This document shows, piece by piece, positions 57,389-64,000 of a stretch of 64,000 nucleotides of DNA. The translations under genes and the position numbers were made by a program. The DNA is taken from the IMG/VR virus record IMGVR_UViG_3300026516_000001, one strand, 5' to 3'. The notes below the pieces were generated by a model. The model did not search any database and was not told the origin of the DNA. It saw only the letters and a list, made by a program, of their open reading frames with translations. Positions within the stretch are counted from its first letter, which is position 1. Every line of letters starts with the position of its first letter. The DNA comes from a virus.

Positions 57389-57392
57389 TCAC
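56709..57392 (-). CDS. C5 cytosine methyltransferase, catalytic polypeptide with no evident motif IX
   Basis: LFAGSGG, GGFPCQ, ENV, R.R and TGNGQVP; 227 aa. Confidence 0.88.
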   Translation of the reverse strand: MNELALFAGSGGGLLASSLLGWKTVCAVELDWYCRCVLVQRQNDGLTKSFFPLWDDVRTFDGRPWRGIVDVVSGGFPCQAFSTAAAGNNTADDLWPEMRRIVADVAPRYVFSENVSREAIDAAADDLEKMGYETRCIELSAQDMGADHVRSRCWLLAYTDDPRELLRTVHAEVAVMQGLSPRVWESDPGKPRVPDGLAYRMERIAATGNGQVPVVAVGALIALCDAG

Positions 57393-57778
57393 GCCGCCTC
57401 CTTCGCTTTCCGCGCCTGCCGTTTCGCGTCGCACTCACGGCACACGAAGCCGTAGCGGGTCGTGTCCTTGACGAGCGCCTTTCGGCTGCCAATGAGCCGG
57501 TCCTGTTTGCAGCCATGGCAGCGGAACGAGTTCGCCATTGCGCCCGGCATCTGCGCCTGGCGCTCGGTCTGCTCGCGGTAGCGCTGCTCGTCGATCTGGC
57601 GGGCGAAGCTCATACCGGCAGCGGCCTGCAACCAGTTTTCGTCGTGCATGTGCTCTTGCACCGATTGCGCGGCCTCCCGGTACTGCTGCATGGCTTCTCC
57701 TTCGGATAGCTCGCCGGTCTTGCGGTAGTTGGCAAAGACGGCTTTGAAGTCGGCGCGGAGTTGGCCGATGTCAGTCAT
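57389..57778 (-). CDS. Hypothetical protein with zinc ribbon
   Basis: CHGC...CREC; ends KEAA. Confidence 0.7.
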   Translation of the reverse strand: MTDIGQLRADFKAVFANYRKTGELSEGEAMQQYREAAQSVQEHMHDENWLQAAAGMSFARQIDEQRYREQTERQAQMPGAMANSFRCHGCKQDRLIGSRKALVKDTTRYGFVCRECDAKRQARKAKEAA

Positions 57779-59150
57779 TGAAGCCCCCTCGCCTCTTGCC
57801 TTGCTTCTGCGCTTGCGGCTGCGGCCAGTCGCCGAACATGGAGTCGAAGCGGGTGTATTCGCCTTGGTAGGCAAGACCCACGAACCCGCCTGTGGGCCCC
57901 TGACGGTTCTTGATGATCCCGAGCTCGGCCAGCCCCTTGTAGGCGCTATCCGGGTTGTAGATTTCGTCCCGGTACAGGGTGAGGATCGCGTCGGCGTCCT
58001 GCTCGATCGCGCCCGAGTCCCGAAGGTCAGAAGCCAGCGGGCGGCGATTGGGGCGCTCCTCGCACTTGCGGGAAAGCTGCGAAAGCGCGATCACCGGCAT
58101 GCCGCACTCTTTGGCGAGCTGCTTCAGACCGCGGCTGATCTGCTCGATCTCGGCGTTGCGTGACTGCCCAGACTCTTCGCTCACCATGAGCTGCAAGTAA
58201 TCGACCACAAGCAGGCCCAGGCGGCCGAGCTGGCGCGCCGCTTTGCGGACCTTGCTGCGCACCGCCATGAGCGTGAGTGAGGGCTGCTCGTCAAGCATCA
58301 GCGGCGTGTCCAGCAGTTGCGGCGCAAGCGCGGTGAGGCGGTCGTAGTCGTCGCCCGTCATCTCGTTGGCCCGGATCACGCGACCGAGCGGCACGCGGGC
58401 ATGCAACGAGGTGATGCGGTCCATCAGGTCGGACTCGGGCATCTCCTGCGAGCAAAACAGGGCTGGGCGATCGTTCAGCGCGAAGTGCAGCGCGACCTGC
58501 ATCGCAAAGGCGGACTTGCCGACGCCGGGGCGCGCCGCAAGGATGATCAACTGCCCCGGGTGCAGCCCGCCGTTCATCCGTTTGTCGAGGTCAGGGAAGC
58601 CGGTCGACAGGCCGGTCGGCACGCGCCCCTCGCGGCGGTCATCAATGCGCGACAGGTGGCGGCGCATCGCGTCCTTGATCGTCACCGGCTCGAACTTGCG
58701 GCTCACTCGGTCGGTGAGAGACATCACCTTGGCTTGAGCTGCATCAACCTTTTCGGCTGCGCTCTTGCCCGGCTCGATGGCTGCCGTGGCGATCTCGTCG
58801 CCAATGGCGCGCAGCGTTCGCAGTGTCGCGCGCTCGATCACGATCTCGCCGTAGCGTCTGGCGTTGGCGGAGGACAGGGTGTTGTCGGCAATGTCGGCCA
58901 CATAGGCCACCCCGCCGCACTGCTGCGCCTCGCCAGACTCCTCGAGCTCGGCATGCACTGCCATCACATCGAACGGCTTGTTCGCCAGGCTCAGACGCTG
59001 GATCGCTGCGAAGATCCGGCGATGGTCGTCGCGGTAGAAGTGCGCGGGCTTGAGCTCGTCGCCAATGCGTTCAAGGGCGCTCGGGTCGATCAGGAGGGCG
59101 CCGATGACGCTTTGCTCGGCCTCGTCGGAGAACAGGAGGTGGTCGGTCAT
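57771..59150 (-). CDS. dnaB: Replicative DNA helicase
   Basis: EAEQSVIG, AARPGVGKS, VDYLQLM, LSQLSR, DLRDSGAIEQDAD, KNRQG. Confidence 0.95.
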   Translation of the reverse strand: MTDHLLFSDEAEQSVIGALLIDPSALERIGDELKPAHFYRDDHRRIFAAIQRLSLANKPFDVMAVHAELEESGEAQQCGGVAYVADIADNTLSSANARRYGEIVIERATLRTLRAIGDEIATAAIEPGKSAAEKVDAAQAKVMSLTDRVSRKFEPVTIKDAMRRHLSRIDDRREGRVPTGLSTGFPDLDKRMNGGLHPGQLIILAARPGVGKSAFAMQVALHFALNDRPALFCSQEMPESDLMDRITSLHARVPLGRVIRANEMTGDDYDRLTALAPQLLDTPLMLDEQPSLTLMAVRSKVRKAARQLGRLGLLVVDYLQLMVSEESGQSRNAEIEQISRGLKQLAKECGMPVIALSQLSRKCEERPNRRPLASDLRDSGAIEQDADAILTLYRDEIYNPDSAYKGLAELGIIKNRQGPTGGFVGLAYQGEYTRFDSMFGDWPQPQAQKQGKRRGGFND

Positions 59151-60073
59151 GCTGCGACCTCCCGGTGGTACTTGTTCTCGAGCGTCTTGGCAAACCCGGA
59201 TGGCGACATCAGAAAGTCGATGTCGGCAACGAAGGGTGGCTTTCCGGGAAGCCCAGGGGCGCGGCCGGTCAGGAAGTCGGACTCCGCGCAAACCTCGAAG
59301 AAGCGCCGCCAGGCGACAAGCCCGTCAGCGCGGCTGCTGTAGCCAAAGGGCGCGCAGTTGAGCTTTGCAGCCTCTTTCCATCGCGCACGAATCGCGGCTC
59401 GCCGTGCATCCGAGAGCACCTTGCAGCGCGGGTTGTCGGGCAGGATCTCGTGGTACAGGGCAACGATTGCGTCAGCAGGGCATGCCGTCTGCTGCGTCGT
59501 CGCTTGCGGCCCGACAGGGGCGCTGGCGACAGAGGTGTTGAGGTTCTCTACGTTAGGAGACGGTAACGGAGACGGAGACGGAGACGGTGCACTGCTATTT
59601 TCTGCTTCGTGCATGCTACTAGCAGAACTAGCATGTGCTTCATGCTTGCATTGATCGTCCTTCTTGGATGATTCCTGCAAGCGTGCAGCATAGGATGGCA
59701 TCATCTCAGCAGCCTTTGCGCGTCCATGATGCTTGCACAGAGCAAGCCATTTTGACTTCTCCGAGCGAGCATCCGCGCCGGCTGCCCAAGGGTTGTGCTC
59801 CTGCCAGTCATGGATCGAATACGCGCCCTCCTCGCCATCCACGAAGCCGACTTCGATAAGCGCCTTGATGAATGCGCCCTCCTCGCCCTGCCAGTCAGCG
59901 GCAAGCTCGATGTCCTCGCCGGTCATCCCGGAAAGATCACCATCCGGGCGGGACTGCGCGACCCACAGAAACAGGCACACAAGGCGCCATGCGCCGCCTT
60001 CGCCTAGCCTGCGGATCAGCTTCTTTGTCTTGGGGTGCGCCGGCAGGCCGACGCTGATGCGTGCGTCGATCAT
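59147..60073 (-). CDS. Phage replication initiator
   Basis: HPKTKKL..LG N-domain, IHDW.EHN, SPSPSP linker, DFLM....F...LE.KY; upstream of dnaB; short TAGCA/CATG repeats at ~59610-59650 (possible origin). Confidence 0.8.
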   Translation of the reverse strand: MIDARISVGLPAHPKTKKLIRRLGEGGAWRLVCLFLWVAQSRPDGDLSGMTGEDIELAADWQGEEGAFIKALIEVGFVDGEEGAYSIHDWQEHNPWAAGADARSEKSKWLALCKHHGRAKAAEMMPSYAARLQESSKKDDQCKHEAHASSASSMHEAENSSAPSPSPSPLPSPNVENLNTSVASAPVGPQATTQQTACPADAIVALYHEILPDNPRCKVLSDARRAAIRARWKEAAKLNCAPFGYSSRADGLVAWRRFFEVCAESDFLTGRAPGLPGKPPFVADIDFLMSPSGFAKTLENKYHREVAA

Positions 60074-60075
60074 GA

Positions 60076-60288
60076 CTAGTGCAGCCCCCTTTCCGCTTCC
60101 ATGCGCGCCACCCTGTCCGGGCTGCGGGCGTTGATGAGGCGCGTGAACTCGGCGCACGCAGCACGGCGCTGAATGTCATGGAACAGCATTCGGCTCTTGG
60201 CGCGCTCGATGCGGACTTCGTGAATCCAGTCCATGAAATTGCGCAGGAGCGCGGCAATCCCTTGCGCGCGTTGTCTGTTCTCGTACAT
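60076..60288 (-). CDS. Hypothetical protein
   Basis: SD GGAGG. Confidence 0.7.
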   Translation of the reverse strand: MYENRQRAQGIAALLRNFMDWIHEVRIERAKSRMLFHDIQRRAACAEFTRLINARSPDRVARMEAERGLH

Positions 60289-60381
60289 AATCCCTCCGTA
60301 CTTTCCAGCCCCGCCGAGGCGTTCCCGCGCCGATGACAGCGGGGCTTGTTTTTTTCTGCCGTCAGGCCGCAGACATCGCCA

Positions 60382-60654
60382 TCACGACCCGTCCCCTTGC
60401 GGACCCTGCCGCGGCCCTTTTCCGGCCACGGCCTCCAGGCGCGCAGCAGCTATCCTCTGCACATGCTCCAGGCCGTAGAGGCGAATCCTGATGATCTCGC
60501 GCACGCACTCGCTCTCCGACATGCCAACGAGGTGCGAGGCGCGCATCAGGTCGGCTTTTTCGTCCTCCGACGGGCGCGTCTTGACATCGGCTGTCAGCTT
60601 CCCGAAGTGCGACGTGCCGGATCGGGAGAAATGCAGATCGTCATCGGGCATCAC
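60382..60654 (-). CDS. CII-like regulator
   Basis: Directly after cro; GMSESE..RE helix. Confidence 0.55.
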   Translation of the reverse strand: MMPDDDLHFSRSGTSHFGKLTADVKTRPSEDEKADLMRASHLVGMSESECVREIIRIRLYGLEHVQRIAAARLEAVAGKGPRQGPQGDGS

Positions 60655-60866
60655 GCGGCCTCCTGGCTGGAGGGCTCGGCCGGAGACGCTTTTCGCAGCC
60701 TCTCCGCGAGCGCGACGATTGCCTGTCCGCGCTCCCAGGAGGTTGTCTTGTGAACGCCGTTACGAAGTCGCGTAACGATCGACTGAGGCGCGCCGATGAC
60801 TGCGCCGATTTCCGCGTCGCTCATGCCTGTCGCGGAAATCGCTTGGAGGGAGGATTTAATGTCCAT
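60651..60866 (-). CDS. Cro-like HTH protein
   Basis: GMSDAEIGAVIGAPQSIVTRLRNG; first gene after PR. Confidence 0.75.
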   Translation of the reverse strand: MDIKSSLQAISATGMSDAEIGAVIGAPQSIVTRLRNGVHKTTSWERGQAIVALAERLRKASPAEPSSQEAA

Positions 60867-60871
60867 GCCTC

Positions 60872-60906
60872 ATTGTGATACGCGATCGTATCCTCGTCAA
60901 TACGCG
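60872..60906 (-). promoter_or_regulatory. PR-like promoter with operator
   Basis: TTGACG-17-CACAAT; palindrome GATACG-N4-CGTATC in the spacer; further half-site at 60900-60906. Confidence 0.75.
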
Positions 60907-61350
60907 CCGCGACTCGACGCTCACGCCGATCCAGACGTTCGGCAGCGGCCAAGGTGCGTCACCGACGAAGCCACGCATCTTCGGATGGGTCAGCAGGCGC
61001 TGCATCCGCTCCGCGCGCTTCGTCAGCACCTGGAATGTGTGCTGCGGCGCGCGGGCCATCGTGCGGAACACCATGCCGATGAAGTCGTCGTGAATGTCTT
61101 GGTGAAACAGGTCCGACATCGAGTTCACGAAGATCCGCCGCGGGCGCTTCCAGCTCAGCGGCTGCAACAGCCTGTCGGCGTGCGTGGCCACGTTGGTGAA
61201 TGCCCGCCCGGCGTAGGCCGGCAGATGCTGCAGGCGCCCCCAGTTGCGCTCCGCGTAGCAATGCTTGCAGCCGGCGGAGACCTTCGCGCACCCGGTAACG
61301 GGGTTCCACGTCGCGTCGGTCCACTCGATTCCAGTCTTGTCGGCCATCAC
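60905..61350 (-). pseudogene. 3'-truncated Gp37/Gp68 (DUF5131) gene
   Basis: IEWTDATWNPVTGC...GC.HCYA, IFVNSMSDLFH, LTKR; homology stops at VWIGVSVE. Confidence 0.8.
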
Positions 61351-61844
61351 TTACCCTCCTGCCGTTCGGTCATCCGGTCAAGCCGCTCAATCTCGGCCAG
61401 GATCAAAGCTCCGGCCTTCACCAGGTCGCGACGCGACGTGGTCGGCTTCCACCACGATCCGTCCCAAGGCCAATTTCGGGCGACCTCGCACCCGCATCCC
61501 GCAGCATTGAGCGCGTAGCACGCGGCAGCCGCTGCCATTTCGCCAGCGCCATGCTCATCGTCATGCTCCGGCGTCCAGCCTTCGGCCTCGATCTGCCGGC
61601 GGCGCTCTGCAAGCACATCAAGAACAGCCTGCGTAGGGTCTCGGCTGATCCCCTCCGGCCTGGGCAAGCCCCCGCAACCCCGCTCGCGCATGGCGCGGTC
61701 AATCGCCTCGTCGTAGACCGCAGAATCGCGCGCGGCCTCGTGGCTGATCCTCACCCCGTCCGCAACGCGAACGAAGCGGTAACGCATGGCGTCACGCCAA
61801 ACGTCATCCAGGATGCTCGGCGCCGCATCTTCGTTTTGCTTCAT
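61347..61844 (-). CDS. Phage accessory protein
   Basis: SD AGGAG; RDA.RYR and AERRRQI..EGWTPEHDDEH...RDLVKAGALILAEIERLDR modules. Confidence 0.8.
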   Translation of the reverse strand: MKQNEDAAPSILDDVWRDAMRYRFVRVADGVRISHEAARDSAVYDEAIDRAMRERGCGGLPRPEGISRDPTQAVLDVLAERRRQIEAEGWTPEHDDEHGAGEMAAAAACYALNAAGCGCEVARNWPWDGSWWKPTTSRRDLVKAGALILAEIERLDRMTERQEGK

Positions 61845-61907
61845 GTGACATCTCCTATGGATTGATCCCGTCCGGATGGGCGGGCAGGAGAAGTGTCGCA
61901 TAAAAAA

Positions 61908-61949
61908 ATGCGTTTGCGTATTGACAGCGATGCGCGAACGTATCAATAT
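61908..61949 (+). promoter_or_regulatory. PL-like promoter with two operators
   Basis: TTGACA-17-CAATAT; ATGCG-N4-CGTAT at 61908-61921 and 61930-61943. Confidence 0.75.
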
Positions 61950-62164
61950 TCATCCCAACGCACTACCGATCCACCGGGAGTTGCGGCGATGCCTTAACAA
62001 CCCGGCCAACACCACCGCCCGCACCCGTTGCGAGAGTCGGCGGACACCGCGTGATCGAGACACGCGGCAATCCCGGCACCGCCAGGCAAAGACCTGCACG
62101 GGCCGACTCGATAGTGAGCGCACCGAGCGAATCATCGGGCGCACAGAATGGCCGATCCCAAATC

Positions 62165-62214
62165 GGCAGATAAAGTCGAGCCGCTTCGAGAGAGGCGGTT
62201 CCGCTGGATTCAAC
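62165..62214 (+). repeat. 50-bp hairpin-containing direct repeat, copy 1
   Basis: 46/50 identical to 62490-62539. Confidence 0.9.
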
Positions 62215-62227
62215 CAATGGAAAAATC

Positions 62228-62461
62228 ATGCGCTACGGAAAAAACGTGAAAGGGCGAGAGTTTGAAGTTGTTGATGAAGACGGCAAATCAATCACCGGCT
62301 TCGACTCGCACGATGAGGCTGTGAGGTTTGCAAAGGCTTTGCCTTGGTACTACGGGGAAGTCTGGATTCGGCGTGATGAGGAAATCGTCAAGGCGCGAGA
62401 CCAGCGCGCAAAAGACTGGTTTGAAGCGCACGGCAGGTGGTGGCTGTATGAAGCCGCTTGA
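62228..62461 (+). CDS. Hypothetical protein between the direct repeats
   Basis: 77 aa; lower GC. Confidence 0.7.
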   Translation: MRYGKNVKGREFEVVDEDGKSITGFDSHDEAVRFAKALPWYYGEVWIRRDEEIVKARDQRAKDWFEAHGRWWLYEAA

Positions 62462-62489
62462 GTTTTCTGCGCTTGAGAGAGAGCCGCTG

Positions 62490-62539
62490 GGCAGATCAAG
62501 TCGAGCCGCTTCGCAAGATGCGGTTCCGCTGGATTCAAC
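62490..62539 (+). repeat. 50-bp hairpin-containing direct repeat, copy 2
   Basis: GAGCCGC...GCGGTTC stem conserved, loop region varies. Confidence 0.9.
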
Positions 62540-62564
62540 GACAAACCACAATGGAGCACATAGC

Positions 62565-62948
62565 ATGATCGACATCAACAACCTCACCATCGGACAGGCC
62601 AAAGAGCTGTCAAGCCTCTTCGGCGCGGCACAGCCGCAGCAATCCAGCCTGAACAGCATGATCGGTAAGAAGTGCGTCGTCCGCACGTACAGCGCTGGCG
62701 TGTGGTTCGGCGAGATCGCCGAGAAGTCCGGTAACGAGGTCATCGTCAAGAACGCGCGCCGCATGTGGCGCTGGTGGGCGGCAGAAGGAATCAGCCTGTC
62801 GGCTGTCGCGCTGCACGGCATCAAGCACGATCAAAGCAAGATCGCCGAGGCCGTTTCCGCCGTTTGGCTCGAAGCAATCGAGCTGATCCCTGCGAGCGAC
62901 AAGGCCATTGCCAGCATCGAGGGCGCACCGAATGTCCAGGCTGAATAA
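62565..62948 (+). CDS. DUF6948-like phage protein
   Basis: IGKKCVVRTYSAGVWFG...ARRMW.W...SLS.VA..G. Confidence 0.8.
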   Translation: MIDINNLTIGQAKELSSLFGAAQPQQSSLNSMIGKKCVVRTYSAGVWFGEIAEKSGNEVIVKNARRMWRWWAAEGISLSAVALHGIKHDQSKIAEAVSAVWLEAIELIPASDKAIASIEGAPNVQAE

Positions 62949-63171
62949 ACCAATCGGCGACGGCTACGGCTACGGCTCCGGCGACGGCTACGGCTACGGC
63001 TACGGCTACGGCTCCGGCTACGGCTCCGGCTCCGGCGACGGCTCCGGCGACGGCTACGGCTCCGGCGACGGCGACGGCGACGGCTACGGCTACGGCTCCG
63101 GCGACGGCGACGGCGACGGCTACGGCTACGGCTACGGCTCCGGCGACGGCTACGGCGACGGCTACGGCTAA
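62932..63171 (+). CDS. Gly-X (GDGYGYGSG) repeat protein
   Basis: 79 aa, nearly all G-D/Y/S dipeptides. Confidence 0.7.
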   Translation: MSRLNKPIGDGYGYGSGDGYGYGYGYGSGYGSGSGDGSGDGYGSGDGDGDGYGYGSGDGDGDGYGYGYGSGDGYGDGYG

Positions 63172-63420
63172 CCAACCTTGTCCGCTTCTCACGAGGCGGC
63201 ACAAGCGAAGGTCATTGCAAACGCTGGTCGAGCAAGAGCAGGAGCCAGCGCCGTACAGACGGCACCGACAACGCGATGGCCTTCCCTTGTGATCGAGGCC
63301 CAGTAAAAACCTGCGGATCACAAAATGGAAGAACAGCGCCGGTCGATCCTGCAAAACAGGCTCTCGCATCGGGCAGGGCTTCCGACTCCGCGCTGGCGAG
63401 GATAAAGGCCAGCACTCACA

Positions 63421-63517
63421 AGGAAGCGGCGGGGTGGATGGAGACACCCAGGCAAGCAGACCGTGCGGCGCCGCGCACTGCAAGCTGGATCGCCGGTTCG
63501 AATCCGGCCCGCTTCCT
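63421..63517 (+). ncRNA. tRNA-like element without a canonical anticodon arm
   Basis: AGGAAGCGG/CCGCTTCCT stem; GGGTG/CACCC arm; GCCGG-TTCGAAT-CCGGC. Confidence 0.6.
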
Positions 63518-63518
63518 T

Positions 63519-63621
63519 GTGGGTGAATCGCGCAGCGGTGATGCGCAGAGTGAGCTAGACATTCGTGGTCATCGACCTTGGCTACGACCGCCACAAGCCG
63601 GGATCACCTCCGGCCACCCAC
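63519..63621 (+). ncRNA. tRNA-shaped structured RNA with loop-loop pseudoknot (copy 2)
   Basis: GTGGGTG/CACCCAC stem; complementary GGTGAT/ATCACC; covaries with 3840-3981. Confidence 0.7.
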
Positions 63622-63832
63622 TTCAAGCGGCACGGCAAAGCGCCCCGTCAGTGCGCAACGGGTTCCAATTTGCCCGACCCATGCGGATGCACCCGTACCG
63701 CAGCAGATCACCGCAATTGGGGATGACGGCACACACCACCCACTCAACGACCGCCCACAAGCCCGCAAGGGATGTGCTTTGGAGCGGATCGCTGGTAGAG
63801 CGTAAGCCGGCACCCAATACAAAGGAGCGGAA

Positions 63833-64000
63833 ATGTCAGTTCGTGCGTACAAGGCGTTTGACAAAACCATGCAGTGCCGCGGCTTTCAGTTCGAGGTCGG
63901 CCAGACCTACGAGCACGACGGCAAGGTCGTCGCCTGCGAAAGCGGGTTCCACGCCTGCGAAAACCCGTTCGACGTGTGGAGCTATTACCCGCTCGATAGC
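63833..64000 (+). CDS. DUF7666-like phage protein, runs off the window
   Basis: [19 protein letters not shown]...[21 protein letters not shown]. Confidence 0.8.
   Translation, partial: MSVRAYKAFDKTMQCRGFQFEVGQTYEHDGKVVACESGFHACENPFDVWSYYPLDS

Noticed and set aside
60796..61518. Plus-strand 240-aa ORF as the missing cI
   Set aside because: Antisense shadow of the DUF5131 gene; no HTH or S24 peptidase motifs
62165..62539. Possible CRISPR mini-array
   Set aside because: Only two repeats, separated by 275 bp containing a gene; no cas genes
63421..63517. Functional tRNA gene
   Set aside because: No 7-nt anticodon loop on a 5-bp stem and no CCA; kept only as tRNA-like

Overview
The window is a phage sequence of roughly 65% GC (estimated by eye). 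It looks like most of one podovirus genome, opened inside the early operon, with an architecture resembling Bcep22/Lessievirus-type phages; a betaproteobacterial host is likely but inferred. Plus strand 1-12.3 kb and 62-64 kb carries early genes: Bet, YqaJ exonuclease, SSB, many small accessory ORFs and several structured non-coding elements. Minus strand 12.4-52.4 kb carries the virion and lysis block: TerS, TerL, portal, a Tad2-like/Gp49-family pair, scaffold, N4-gp56-type major capsid, adaptor, CsrA-like protein, GH108 endolysin, holin, tail proteins and a 5493-aa DarB-like polyvalent protein. Minus strand 52.5-61.9 kb carries a moron, the nin region, a C5 methyltransferase, DnaB, the replication initiator, CII-like and Cro-like genes. 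No integrase, cI repressor, CRISPR array or reverse transcriptase was seen. The main observations are: (1) an 82-aa gene with a strong SD nested in the +1 frame of the giant DarB-like gene just before its methylase domain; (2) two tRNA-shaped ncRNAs whose terminal loops form covarying kissing pairs; (3) PR and PL promoters with operators retained but the cI slot filled by inverted early genes; (4) a C5 methyltransferase apparently split over two overlapping frames; (5) repeat-bounded in-frame modules inside virion proteins; (6) two tail-region genes sharing only a C-terminal tag; (7) a 16-bp motif upstream of five late gene groups. All family assignments come from motif recognition, not database searches.
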